From Thermotogota bacterium (lineage in GTDB: Bacteria > Thermotogota > Thermotogae > Petrotogales > Kosmotogaceae), in assembly GCA_034660555.1 (NCBI GenBank), contig JAYEJL010000151.1, positions 1 to 38,426 on the forward strand: DNA of 38,426 nt. Reading direction: 5' to 3'. The notes under the pieces are model-generated. The model was not told the origin of the DNA, searched no databases, and saw only the letters and a program-made list of their open reading frames with translations. Made by a program: the position numbers and the translations under genes. Below, one piece after another: positions 1 through 9,477 of this stretch. Each line of letters opens with the position of its first letter. Within the stretch, counting starts at the first letter, position 1.

Positions 1-512
1 AACCATTGAAGGGCGATAGAATCATTGAAATAGCAGCTTTCCCCATTTACAAAAACAAAATCTATTATGATCTGATGTTTCATACACTGGTGAATCCAGA
101 AATAAAGATACCCGCTCAAATTTCAGGAATTCATGGACTTAAAGATAGGGATGTGTCTGATAAACCAACAATGTTTGAAATCTATCCACGGTTAAGAAAT
201 TATCTTGGAGATTCTATAATCGTTGGTCACAGTATTTTTAGTGATCTAAATTTTTTTGATATCTCTGCTAAAGAAACCGGAGAGTTTCCAATAAATAATA
301 GATTCATAGATACCCTGGAATTATCTCAACTGGTTTTTAAGAAAGGTCCGTACAATCTATATACCGTCTCAAAGAGACTAAAGATAAAAGACAAGCCCAC
401 ACATCGGGCTCTAGATGATGCCCGTGTAACAGCAAAAGTTTTTCTCGCACTGATGAACAAAATTGGTGGCAGCAAAGCATTAAAACAATATGAATACCAG
501 TGGAGGGGTTAG
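1..512 (+). CDS. DEDDh 3'-5' exonuclease (DNA polymerase III epsilon-like), 5'-truncated by window edge
   Basis: Motifs GDRIIEIAA, IHGL, IVGHS..SDL.F, IDTL, HRALDDA. The ExoI DxETTG motif is absent and the frame is open to the window start, so the true start lies upstream. Confidence 0.88.
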   Translation, partial: PLKGDRIIEIAAFPIYKNKIYYDLMFHTLVNPEIKIPAQISGIHGLKDRDVSDKPTMFEIYPRLRNYLGDSIIVGHSIFSDLNFFDISAKETGEFPINNRFIDTLELSQLVFKKGPYNLYTVSKRLKIKDKPTHRALDDARVTAKVFLALMNKIGGSKALKQYEYQWRG

Positions 513-513
513 C

Positions 514-1800
514 ATGATAAAGAATTTCATTCTTGATACAAATGTCCTGGTTCACGATCCAGAATGTTTCGACAAATTCGAGGATAACAATATAATCATT
601 CCATTTCCAGTTCTGGAAGAAATCGACAAGTTGAAATCAAAACAGGGTAGTGTTGGGAAAAACGCGAGAGAAGTCAACAGAAAACTGGATCTTTTTAGGA
701 ATGAGAACAGTCTGGTTGAAGGCATAAAACTAGCTTCGGGAGGAGTTCTAAAAGTTCTGTTGTTTGAAAAACTAACTTCAACCCTGCCTGAGTTTGTAGC
801 TGAGAAATACAAAGATAACGCAATATTGCGTTACACGCTGGAACTTAAAAAAAGGACTGAAAAGCCAGTTGTACTGGTTACGAAAGATATTAATCTTAGG
901 GTAAAAGCCGATATACTGAACATTGATACACAGGATTATCTGGCTGATAAAGTGGGCTTTGATGAGGGGTTATCTGGAATCATCGAAATAACCGATGATA
1001 AGATGTTAGAGAAGTTCAACAATACAGGTGAATTACCAGTGTCTGAACTAGAAATGATTCATTACAGTAATTTATTCATAGATTTTAATAATCAAGTGTA
1101 TGGAAAAATCTCTCCCGATGGTGAAAAAATCGTTAAACTTGAGCGAACAGTCGGTGATAGTTGCTGGGGCATTTATCCCAGAAACAGAGAGCAACTTTTT
1201 GCCTTTGAGCTACTGCTTGATGACAGAATAAAGCTTGTTTCTATACCTGGTATAGCTGGTTCTGGAAAAACACTGCTTTCGCTTGCCGCAGGTTTAAGAA
1301 AAGTTGAAGATGAAAAGAAATATCAGCGATTAATAGTGGCCCGTCCTCTTATCGCCATGGGACAGGATATTGGTTATCTGCCAGGATCACGCGAAGAGAA
1401 AGTCAGACCCTGGATGCAACCTATCTATGATAATTTGCATCTACTTCTAAAAAACAGAAATGTTGATTTTTCGTCATTTGTTAAGAAGAATGAAAACCTG
1501 GAAATTGAGGTATTGAGTTATATTAGAGGGCGATCTATCCCTGACCAATTTATAATCATTGATGAGGCTCAAAATCTAACACCACATGAGATAAAAACAA
1601 TAATAACCAGGGTCGGTGAAAACACAAAAATTGTACTTACAGGTGATCCACATCAGATAGATAACAATTATCTGGACACCAACAGTTGTGGATTGGTATA
1701 CGCAGCATCGAGATTCAAGGGAAGTAAACTGGCAGGACATATCAATCTCGTTAAAGGAGAACGCTCTGAACTGGCAACGGAAGCAGCGAATTTGTTATGA
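514..1800 (+). CDS. PIN domain + PhoH-family ATPase (PhoH2/YlaK-like)
   Basis: N-terminal ILDTNVL PIN motif; Walker A GIAGSGKT; DIGYLPG, YIRGRSI, IIIDEAQN, GDPHQID. Start moved to ATG 514 after SD GGAGG at 502-506. Confidence 0.92.
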   Translation: MIKNFILDTNVLVHDPECFDKFEDNNIIIPFPVLEEIDKLKSKQGSVGKNAREVNRKLDLFRNENSLVEGIKLASGGVLKVLLFEKLTSTLPEFVAEKYKDNAILRYTLELKKRTEKPVVLVTKDINLRVKADILNIDTQDYLADKVGFDEGLSGIIEITDDKMLEKFNNTGELPVSELEMIHYSNLFIDFNNQVYGKISPDGEKIVKLERTVGDSCWGIYPRNREQLFAFELLLDDRIKLVSIPGIAGSGKTLLSLAAGLRKVEDEKKYQRLIVARPLIAMGQDIGYLPGSREEKVRPWMQPIYDNLHLLLKNRNVDFSSFVKKNENLEIEVLSYIRGRSIPDQFIIIDEAQNLTPHEIKTIITRVGENTKIVLTGDPHQIDNNYLDTNSCGLVYAASRFKGSKLAGHINLVKGERSELATEAANLL

Positions 1801-2060
1801 AACAAAATTTTGAGTACAAAAAAAACGCCCTGGAATATGATATCTTTTTGAATATAAAAAAAGAAGATATTCATGTATTGTGTTATATTGTCGAAGCTGA
1901 AGATAATCTTATGAACATACGGCACACAACAGATGATGGAAATCTGAAAATCATTGTACCTGGGGATATGCTTGAAGATGCACTGAAATTCCTTGAATCA
2001 ATAAAAAACGTTATAGATTTAGAAGTGGTGGATATATGTGAAAACCCTGGACATACTTAG
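1797..2060 (+). CDS. Small conserved hypothetical protein (DUF4911-like)
   Basis: 87 aa with ATGA overlap on phoH. The pattern 'IKKEDIHVLCYIVEAEDNLMNIR' resembles DUF4911. Confidence 0.6.
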   Translation: MKQNFEYKKNALEYDIFLNIKKEDIHVLCYIVEAEDNLMNIRHTTDDGNLKIIVPGDMLEDALKFLESIKNVIDLEVVDICENPGHT

Positions 2061-3096
2061 GTTACTTAAATTACCTCTACCAAAAGAAAAAGCCAGGAGT
2101 GTTCGGGATATTGACTACGATAAACTGATCAACAAAGGATACGACACATTCTTATTTGACTATGACAATACACTGGCTGAATGGAGGTCGGATTTTAACG
2201 AAAAAAACAAAATTGTTATTGAACACCTTTTGAAAAGAGGAAAAAAGGTTGCAGTCGTTACCAACGCCCCAAAAGAAAGAATAGACAACCTTTCGCAATT
2301 ATTTGGTGATAAGATAAAACTCTATCATTCGATGAAAAAACCCAGCACAAAAGAAATGCAAAGGGTTTTAAAGGAACTTAAATCCAGTCCAGAGAAAACG
2401 GTAATTGTTGGAGATTTGTTTTTGACAGATACAATAGCAGGTAACCGCATGGGATTTTATACAGTTTTGGTAAAACCGCCAATTCATGAGGATATGCCCT
2501 TTTATAAAAAAGTCATGGCATTCTTAACAGTATCAAGCTATATGGTATTCTTTTACCTTATAGGATGGTTTTTCAGGGTTTTAGAACTTGGAACACCTCA
2601 TATCTTTTTAAGTGATGTAGGGAAAGTTGATTTTGAAAATTTAAAGGAATCTGGATACAAAATGATTATCTTTGATTTTGACAATACCCTTGAACCGTGG
2701 GGTTCCCATAGCTTATCAGATGAAAAAATCCTCCTCTTGAACATGGTAAAGAAAATGGGTATGAAGGTAGCGATAATTTCAAATGGAAAAAGAAAAAGAA
2801 TTGATAAACTTCTGAAAACCATGCCAGAAATTGAAGTTGTATCAAAGGCAAGGAAACCAATACCAGCAAAAACCAGAAAGCTTCTAAAAAACAACAATGT
2901 TTCACCATATAAAGCTGTGATTATTGGTGATCAACTTTTTACAGATATATTACTGGGGAACCTACTGGGGACTTTTACCATAAAAGTAAATCCCCTTTCT
3001 GACAGAGACTTTTTTACAACAAAAATATTGAGGAGTTTTGAAAAATTTGCCCTTAAGTACATCAAACAGGGACTGGAAGAAGTGAAAAGATCATGA
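2038..3096 (+). CDS. yqeG: YqeG-family HAD-IIIA phosphatase, tandem two-domain form
   Basis: Two full HAD motif sets (FDYDNTL/VTN/KKP/GDLFLTD and FDFDNTL/ISN/RKP/GDQLFTD); lies directly upstream of yqeH. Confidence 0.85.
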   Translation: MKTLDILRLLKLPLPKEKARSVRDIDYDKLINKGYDTFLFDYDNTLAEWRSDFNEKNKIVIEHLLKRGKKVAVVTNAPKERIDNLSQLFGDKIKLYHSMKKPSTKEMQRVLKELKSSPEKTVIVGDLFLTDTIAGNRMGFYTVLVKPPIHEDMPFYKKVMAFLTVSSYMVFFYLIGWFFRVLELGTPHIFLSDVGKVDFENLKESGYKMIIFDFDNTLEPWGSHSLSDEKILLLNMVKKMGMKVAIISNGKRKRIDKLLKTMPEIEVVSKARKPIPAKTRKLLKNNNVSPYKAVIIGDQLFTDILLGNLLGTFTIKVNPLSDRDFFTTKILRSFEKFALKYIKQGLEEVKRS

Positions 3097-4196
3097 AATG
3101 TGCAGGTTGTGGTGTAACCCTCCAAACGGTTGAACCGGATCTTGAAGGTTATATTCCGGAAAGTGTTCTAATTAGTAGAACAGAATCAAAGGAACCCATG
3201 TACTGCCAGCGATGTTTTAAGCTAAAACATTATGGTGTACTCCCTTCAAAATTGACAGGCAAAATTGACTTTGGAGACATAAAACAATATTTAGAACTTA
3301 CAGATAATGTAATTCTGGTGATTGATGTTTTTGATTTTAATGGTACAGCTGCCAAAGAGGTTATAGAAAAACTCAAGAGTAAAAGAACACATTATGTAGT
3401 GAATAAGATCGATTTGATACCACAAGAAATTTCAAGAGATGAACTGATTAAATGGAGTATAGAGTCCCTTAATGTGGATTCAACGAAAATTTATCTGGTT
3501 TCATCAACAAAAAGATTTGGAATAAACAGGTTATTAAAGAGACTTTCAGACGAAAAAGAAAAAACATTTTTGCTAGTGGGTATGACAAATGTTGGAAAAT
3601 CATCATTGATAAATGCGCTAGAATCTGAAGACAGGATTACAGTCAGCAAGTATCCGGGAACGACAATGAAAACACTTAAGATATATGATGAAAAACATGA
3701 TATTACCTTTATCGATACCCCGGGGCTTTCAGCTAACAACAGGATGACAGATTCTTTGCCTTTAGAATGTCAGAAGAAGATAACCCCCAGAAAAAAATTG
3801 AAGGTTTACACTGTAAATGCTAAAAGAAACCGAAGTATTTTTATCGGAGGTTTTGTTAAGATAACAATAAAGGGAGACTCAGGAACAGATTCTCCCATTT
3901 TAAATATCATTACATCCGAAAATACCACAATACACGAAACGGATCCCGAAAAGGCAACAAAAAAGTGGAAAGAGTGGTTTGGTACTTTACTCGTTCCGCC
4001 ATGTAAGAAGAGTAATCTAGACCAGTATAGCTGGGAAAAAATTAATGATGAATTTTTTACTGGTGAAGAGTTAAACATAAGTGGTCTTGGATGGTTTAGT
4101 GTTGCCAGAGGGCCTGCAAGGATCCACATAGAATTCCTATCAGATTTGAAGTTGACAAAAAGAAAGGGCCTCGTTGGTCCAACTACATTTAAGTAA
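3093..4196 (+). CDS. yqeH: Circularly permuted ribosome biogenesis GTPase YqeH
   Basis: CAGCG...CQRC zinc finger; G4 NKID precedes G1 GMTNVGKSS, PGTT and DTPG. Confidence 0.92.
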   Translation: MKCAGCGVTLQTVEPDLEGYIPESVLISRTESKEPMYCQRCFKLKHYGVLPSKLTGKIDFGDIKQYLELTDNVILVIDVFDFNGTAAKEVIEKLKSKRTHYVVNKIDLIPQEISRDELIKWSIESLNVDSTKIYLVSSTKRFGINRLLKRLSDEKEKTFLLVGMTNVGKSSLINALESEDRITVSKYPGTTMKTLKIYDEKHDITFIDTPGLSANNRMTDSLPLECQKKITPRKKLKVYTVNAKRNRSIFIGGFVKITIKGDSGTDSPILNIITSENTTIHETDPEKATKKWKEWFGTLLVPPCKKSNLDQYSWEKINDEFFTGEELNISGLGWFSVARGPARIHIEFLSDLKLTKRKGLVGPTTFK

Positions 4197-4230
4197 ACAA
4201 TAAATTATACTTGTTTTGGAGGTGTAGCAA

Positions 4231-4824
4231 ATGAAACTAAAAAAACCGGGAATTAAAGCTGGAGCATCGAACAGGCATGTTCACCTTTCAGAAAATGATT
4301 TGAAAGAATTGTTTGGAGAAGGCTATCAGCTGGAAGAAATTAAAGAACTGGGACAACCAGGACAATATGCAGCCAAAGAAAAAGTAATAATTGTCGGTCC
4401 AAAAAATGCAATTGTTGGTGTTAGAGTATTGGGACCTGTTAGGAAAGCTACTCAGGTAGAAATTTCCATAACAGATGCATTCAAACTGGGTGTTAATTCT
4501 CCAATAAAGGATTCAGGAGATCACTCGGGAACTCCCGGTATAACCATTGTTGGACCAAATGGAACAGTGGTTATTGACAGTGGACTTATCATTGCAAAAA
4601 GGCATATACATATGACTCCAGAAGAATCCAGAACCTACGATGTTAAGGACAAAGATATAGTTAGGGTCTATTGTGAAGGAAACGGTCAAAGAAAGACGAT
4701 TTTTGATGATGTGCTGATTAGAGTCAGTGAAAAATATGCACTGGAGTTTCATGTTGATGTGGATGAAGCCAACGCAGCCATGCTAAAAAACGGAGACGAA
4801 GTTTTTATTATTGACGAACTGTAA
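4231..4824 (+). CDS. pduL: PduL-type phosphate acyltransferase (phosphotransacetylase/propanoyltransferase)
   Basis: SNRHVHLS, QPGQYA, VRVLGPVR, RHIHMT, EFHVDVDEANA; SD GGAGG upstream. Confidence 0.93.
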   Translation: MKLKKPGIKAGASNRHVHLSENDLKELFGEGYQLEEIKELGQPGQYAAKEKVIIVGPKNAIVGVRVLGPVRKATQVEISITDAFKLGVNSPIKDSGDHSGTPGITIVGPNGTVVIDSGLIIAKRHIHMTPEESRTYDVKDKDIVRVYCEGNGQRKTIFDDVLIRVSEKYALEFHVDVDEANAAMLKNGDEVFIIDEL

Positions 4825-4825
4825 T

Positions 4826-5623
4826 ATGGTACATTTGGGAACAAGTGGTTACAGTTTTAGTGATTGGAAAGGCACTGTATATCCTGAAAAAATCAACCCA
4901 TCTGAAATGCTAAGGTATTACTATTCTGTCTGGAATTTCAACAGTGTTGAACTTAATTTTACTTACTACAGACAACCAGGCTATAAAAGTATTGTTGGAA
5001 TAACCAGAAAGATTCCAGGGAAATTTACATTTTCGGTGAAAGCACCGGGCAAGGTAACACATGAACTCTGGAGAAACAAAAATATTACTGATGCTTATAA
5101 AACGTTGGACGATTTCTTTGAACCTCTGGAAATATTGAAGAAAGAAAATAGAATGGGAATGATTCTTTTCCAGTTTCCCTACAGTTTTCACCTTATCGAA
5201 TCTAACATGAAATATCTCAAAGATATTTCCAGTTATTGTACTGAAAAAAACAACAAAATAGCTGCAGAATTCCGAAATGCTGAGTGGGCTGAAAATAGCG
5301 TTTTGAAGGAGCTATCCTATAATATAACACCTGTTACTGTCGATGAACCTAAAATAGGAAAATTGTTTCCCTATATACCTGTGAAAAGTAAGAATGTTGC
5401 TTATTTTAGATTTCATGGCAGAAATCCCAACTGGTTCAATGCAGAAGGAAGCGAACGATATAATTACAATTACTCTGAAAAGGATCTTAGACGCTTTGCC
5501 AATGATGTGGTAGAATTCTTGAAAGATGGTACAGAAGTGTTTGTTTATTTTAACAACTGTCATATGGGGCAGGCTGTTAATAACGCCCTGCGTTTTAGAG
5601 AGATTCTGGAAGGAGAACCATAG
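4826..5623 (+). CDS. DUF72 (YecE-like) TIM-barrel protein
   Basis: GTSGYSFSDW..VYP, VELNFTYY, FQFPYSF, EFRN, YFRFHGRN, YFNN. Start set at ATG 4826, just after the pduL stop. Confidence 0.9.
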   Translation: MVHLGTSGYSFSDWKGTVYPEKINPSEMLRYYYSVWNFNSVELNFTYYRQPGYKSIVGITRKIPGKFTFSVKAPGKVTHELWRNKNITDAYKTLDDFFEPLEILKKENRMGMILFQFPYSFHLIESNMKYLKDISSYCTEKNNKIAAEFRNAEWAENSVLKELSYNITPVTVDEPKIGKLFPYIPVKSKNVAYFRFHGRNPNWFNAEGSERYNYNYSEKDLRRFANDVVEFLKDGTEVFVYFNNCHMGQAVNNALRFREILEGEP

Positions 5624-5959
5624 ATGACCGATTTTAATGAACTTGTAAGCATCATTCTAAAGATGCTGGTTGATGGTAGCGAAACACACGAAATTTTTGA
5701 AAAACTATCCACTTTTGGATTGTCAGATGAAGAAATCGACAAAATATACAACGCCACTGTTGAAATGATAGCGTCTGGTTCCGATTCAACGGAGATTATT
5801 TTTAGTGAAAATTATAATAGACAGAGAAGAATATTTCTCAAAGATGAAGTTTATACTTTGAAGGCTGTCCCGGAACTGCTTCATTCATATTTGTGGGGCG
5901 ATATTGAAGAAGCCGATTTTGAACGAACATTAAGTGATCTTGGTTCTTTCGATGAATAA
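5624..5959 (+). CDS. Acidic hypothetical protein, possibly Smg/DUF494-like
   Basis: 111 aa directly abutting DUF72 and followed by a terminator; weak motif resemblance to Smg. Confidence 0.6.
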   Translation: MTDFNELVSIILKMLVDGSETHEIFEKLSTFGLSDEEIDKIYNATVEMIASGSDSTEIIFSENYNRQRRIFLKDEVYTLKAVPELLHSYLWGDIEEADFERTLSDLGSFDE

Positions 5960-5985
5960 AAAAAGGCGGGTTTACCGCCTTTTTT
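5958..5985. terminator. Bidirectional intrinsic terminator
   Basis: A7-GGCGG-GTTTA-CCGCC-T6 between convergent genes. Confidence 0.85.
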
Positions 5986-5991
5986 AAATAA

Positions 5992-8559
5992 CTAATTAAC
6001 CCATTTTGCCATGGAAAAGTACTTCCTAAAGGGTAAATACTCAGTGTTTGGAACAACTCTTATTGTGTAAGCTATGCGCGCTTCCTGCTCAATTGTGAAT
6101 TCGCCTGAATATATGTACTCATTGTGCACATCGTTTTTCTGGAGCTTCATCGGATATAATTTATAATCACTCATTTTACTATCTTCGTCAAATATCGCAA
6201 GAAATATTTCGACCTGTACTTCATCCGGCTTCAGTTCTCCAAGATATACATTAGCTGTTAGTCTTAATTTTGTTCCGACTTTAATGCTCTCTTCCGAATA
6301 AGGTGTTATCTTATTAGGTTTGATCCTTATGTTCTTCCAGTTACCTTCAAGACGCTCTTTCCATTCAGCTAATTCTTTCGCTTTTTCATAATCATTATCT
6401 TTTACATAGTCAGCTGTTTCAACTGTCTTAAAATAAAGCTTTTCAGCATAATCAGCCAGCATTCGATGTGTATTAAAACTCTTTCCCACACTTTTAATTG
6501 AATTCTTCATTTTTTTAACCCAGCTCTCTGGTATACCATTATCGTTTCTTTTGTAATAGGTGGGAATAATTTCATTTTCCAGAGTATTGTATATGGAAAC
6601 ACTATCAATTCGATCCTGGAGTTCCTTGTCATCATAATCACGATTGTCACCAATTACCCATCCGTTATTTCCGTTATAGCCTTCAACCCACCAGCCATCC
6701 AATACACTGAAATTCAAAACTCCGTTCATTCCAGCTTTTTCTCCGCTGGTTCCACTGGCCTCATGAGGTCTTCTTGGTGTATTAAGCCATACATCAACCC
6801 CACTAACCATATGGCGTGCAATATTTGTATCGTAGTTTTCCACAAACACAATTCGATTCTTAAATTCCGGCAATCTCGAGATTTCATAAAGACGTTTAAT
6901 CAATTCCTTCCCGGGATCATCTGCTGGGTGCGCTTTGCCTGAGTAAATAAATTGCACGGGTTTTTCAGGATCTGTAAGCAACCTTTTTAACCTATCTATA
7001 TCTTTCAAAACTAGTGTGGATCTTTTATAAGTAGCAAATCTCCTAGCAAAACCGATTGTTAAAGCGTTTTCAGGCAATATATTTTTTACTTCTGCCAGTT
7101 CCTCAACCGTTTCTCCTAACCTCTCTCTCTGCCTTTTTAATCTACCCTGGCTGAACTTTCTTAATCTTTGTTTTAATTTACAGTGAACATTCCATAGTTC
7201 TTTATCAGGTATTTTGTCAACATTCTCCCATATTTTTGGATCTGTGATTTGTTCTTCCCAATTGTCCGGAAAATACCTGTCCAATAAAGCGTAAAGGTCC
7301 CTGTTTAACCATGTCCAGAGATGTACTCCGTTTGTTATGTGATCTATGGGTATTTCAATTTCTGGTAAATCAGGAAAAATGTGGTTCCACATTTTTCTAG
7401 ATACCTTCCCATGAAGCAAACTAACCCCATTTGCACACGCTGATAACCTTAAAGCAAGAACTGTCATGCTAAAATGCTCATAACCACTTGTTACCTTTTC
7501 TGATCCTAGTTCCATGAAATCGCGGCGTGTTATTCCAAGATTGACCCAAAATTCCGAAAAGTATTTATCAATTAGTATAGGATCAAAAACATCGTTACCC
7601 GCTGGTACCGGCGTATGTGTTGTAAAAACATTACTTGATCGGGCTGCTTCTATTGCTGACTTAAAATAAAGATTCTTTCCAATCATATATTCTCTTATTC
7701 TTTCTATCCCAAGAAAAGCAGCATGGCCCTCATTCATATGCCATACTGAAGGATTATGCCCCAACATCCTTAGAGCTCTAACGCCTCCTATTCCCAATAC
7801 TATTTCTTGCTTTATACGTGTTTCACGATCGCCGCCATAAAGCTGTTTAGTAATCTTTCTGTCGTCCTGCGTATTTTTGTAAATATCTGTATCGAGGAGA
7901 TAAAGTGGAACTCTTCCTATTTCAGCCTTCCAAACCTTTGCGTATACTTTTCTTTCGGGAAATTGAATGGTCACTACAATTTCTTCCCCATCTTCATCGT
8001 TTACTTCTTTTACAGGCAAATCTTCGAAATCATAAGTCTGATAGATATTTTGTTGCCATCCATTCTTGTCAAGCAATTGACTGAAATAACCGTTCCTGTA
8101 TAGTAATCCCACAGCAACAAGATTAAACCCCATATCGCTGGCAGTTTTCAAATGGTCTCCGGCAAGAACGCCAAGTCCTCCTGAATATATTGGGAAGGAT
8201 TCGTGGATCCCGTACTCTGCACAAAAATACGCTATTTTGTGTGCGTTTTTCTCAGGATAATTTCTTTTTATCCATGTATCTTCAGATTTTATATATCTGT
8301 CAAACTTTTCCAGTACTGAATCATACAGTTCCAGAAAATCTTCATTTTTAGCCAATTCATTGAGCTTTTTCTGACTAATTCTTCTTAGAAGCTTTACGGG
8401 ACTTCGCTTCAGCTCATACCATAAATCTATATCCATTCTTTTAAACACTGCTTCTGCTGATGGATTCCATGTCCACCAAAAATTATATGCAAGTTCTTCA
8501 AGACGTTCCAATCTTTTAGGTAGCTTTGGAATTGCCCTTATACTCTCAAGAAAACGCAT
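5992..8559 (-). CDS. glgP: Alpha-glucan (glycogen/starch) phosphorylase
   Basis: YSGGLGVLAGD, MNEGH, FTTHTP, FARRFATYKR, GKAHPAD, PLP-lysine motif EASGTSGEK; SD AGGAGG. Confidence 0.96.
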   Translation of the reverse strand: MRFLESIRAIPKLPKRLERLEELAYNFWWTWNPSAEAVFKRMDIDLWYELKRSPVKLLRRISQKKLNELAKNEDFLELYDSVLEKFDRYIKSEDTWIKRNYPEKNAHKIAYFCAEYGIHESFPIYSGGLGVLAGDHLKTASDMGFNLVAVGLLYRNGYFSQLLDKNGWQQNIYQTYDFEDLPVKEVNDEDGEEIVVTIQFPERKVYAKVWKAEIGRVPLYLLDTDIYKNTQDDRKITKQLYGGDRETRIKQEIVLGIGGVRALRMLGHNPSVWHMNEGHAAFLGIERIREYMIGKNLYFKSAIEAARSSNVFTTHTPVPAGNDVFDPILIDKYFSEFWVNLGITRRDFMELGSEKVTSGYEHFSMTVLALRLSACANGVSLLHGKVSRKMWNHIFPDLPEIEIPIDHITNGVHLWTWLNRDLYALLDRYFPDNWEEQITDPKIWENVDKIPDKELWNVHCKLKQRLRKFSQGRLKRQRERLGETVEELAEVKNILPENALTIGFARRFATYKRSTLVLKDIDRLKRLLTDPEKPVQFIYSGKAHPADDPGKELIKRLYEISRLPEFKNRIVFVENYDTNIARHMVSGVDVWLNTPRRPHEASGTSGEKAGMNGVLNFSVLDGWWVEGYNGNNGWVIGDNRDYDDKELQDRIDSVSIYNTLENEIIPTYYKRNDNGIPESWVKKMKNSIKSVGKSFNTHRMLADYAEKLYFKTVETADYVKDNDYEKAKELAEWKERLEGNWKNIRIKPNKITPYSEESIKVGTKLRLTANVYLGELKPDEVQVEIFLAIFDEDSKMSDYKLYPMKLQKNDVHNEYIYSGEFTIEQEARIAYTIRVVPNTEYLPFRKYFSMAKWVN

Positions 8560-8687
8560 CTGATTCCTCCTTATAATAATGAATCAATAAATCAATTATA
8601 AAATTTCTGAAGCAAATTTTCATCATGCTTTTTTACAAAATAGATTTTACTTTTAATCTGTGTAAGAATTATACTTTTGAAGATATT

Positions 8688-8712
8688 AAAAAAGGAGAGC
8701 AAACTGCTCTCC
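8688..8712 (-). terminator. Intrinsic terminator after rpmE-S1 operon
   Basis: Minus strand GGAGAGCA-GTT-TGCTCTCC-T6. Confidence 0.82.
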
Positions 8713-8721
8713 CAATATTTT

Positions 8722-9090
8722 TTACTTCTTTACGCCTCTTTTTTTATCAAGCCTCTTTTTATAAGCTGATATTTTTTTCGAGCTTTCTTTCATAAATTTG
8801 GAAAGTTTTCTTTCGAAGTCCTGATTCGATTTGGATTCTGATTTATCTCCGGAATTTTTTTCAAGATCTTTGATCGACAGTTCCCACTTTCCAAATTTCG
8901 TTGTGCCAAGAACCTTGGCTTTAACCGACTGTCCTACTTTAAGATAGTTATCAATGACCTTAACGTAATCTTTTGAAACCTTGGAAATGTGTATAAAACC
9001 TTCTTCTCCACCTTGCAAAGACACAAATGCCCCAAACTTCTTAATAGCGGTAACTTTACCTTCAACGACGTTACCAACTTTCACACTCAC
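8722..9090 (-). CDS. S1 RNA-binding domain protein (YugI/YabR-like)
   Basis: VGNVVEGKVTAIKKFGAFV..EGFIHISKVS..LSIK; C-terminal FERKLSKFMKES. GTG start 8 nt after GGAGG. Confidence 0.9.
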   Translation of the reverse strand: MSVKVGNVVEGKVTAIKKFGAFVSLQGGEEGFIHISKVSKDYVKVIDNYLKVGQSVKAKVLGTTKFGKWELSIKDLEKNSGDKSESKSNQDFERKLSKFMKESSKKISAYKKRLDKKRGVKK

Positions 9091-9137
9091 ATTTCTAACC
9101 TCCAAAATCTTTTTTTGATGTAAATAGAAACAATCTA

Positions 9138-9347
9138 TTAGTATTTGTCTCCATATTTACTCTTAAACTTCTGCACTCTTCCTTCACTATCCATTATAAG
9201 GGAACCACTGCCTCCCTGATAGTAAGGATGGCAATTAGAACAAACGTCTAGCTTTATATTTTCCTTTGTTGACCAAAAAGTATGTTCCGCGCCGCATGTG
9301 CATTTTGCGGTAATCAGCTTTAGCTCTGGCTGGATATCCTTTTTCAT
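9138..9347 (-). CDS. rpmE: 50S ribosomal protein L31 (zinc-binding type)
   Basis: MKKDIQP...CTCG...[11 protein letters not shown]...EGRVQKF. True ATG at 9347 after SD GAGGTGA. Confidence 0.95.
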   Translation of the reverse strand: MKKDIQPELKLITAKCTCGAEHTFWSTKENIKLDVCSNCHPYYQGGSGSLIMDSEGRVQKFKSKYGDKY

Positions 9348-9387
9348 CAGGTCTTCACCTCTTCTATAATGTAATTTTACAAGAATC

Positions 9388-9416
9388 ATTATATCATACG
9401 TAATGAAGGGTGTCAA
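9388..9416 (-). promoter_or_regulatory. Consensus sigma70/sigmaA promoter of rpmE
   Basis: Minus strand TTGACA-17 nt-TATAAT with extended -10 TG. Confidence 0.85.
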
Positions 9417-9477
9417 AGAAAGAAGTACCAAAAACAAACGATTATAATCTTATAAAAACGAAAGGAAATGATACACG

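Noticed and set aside
514..2060. Classical toxin-antitoxin or anti-phage system
   Set aside because: PIN-PhoH is a widespread family embedded here in a housekeeping operon, with no defence-island context or compositional shift visible.
8560..8690. AT-rich glgP upstream region with AAAATTT-N7-AAATTTT inverted repeat
   Set aside because: The arms are A/T-only and likely to arise by chance at this composition; no ncRNA structure is evident.
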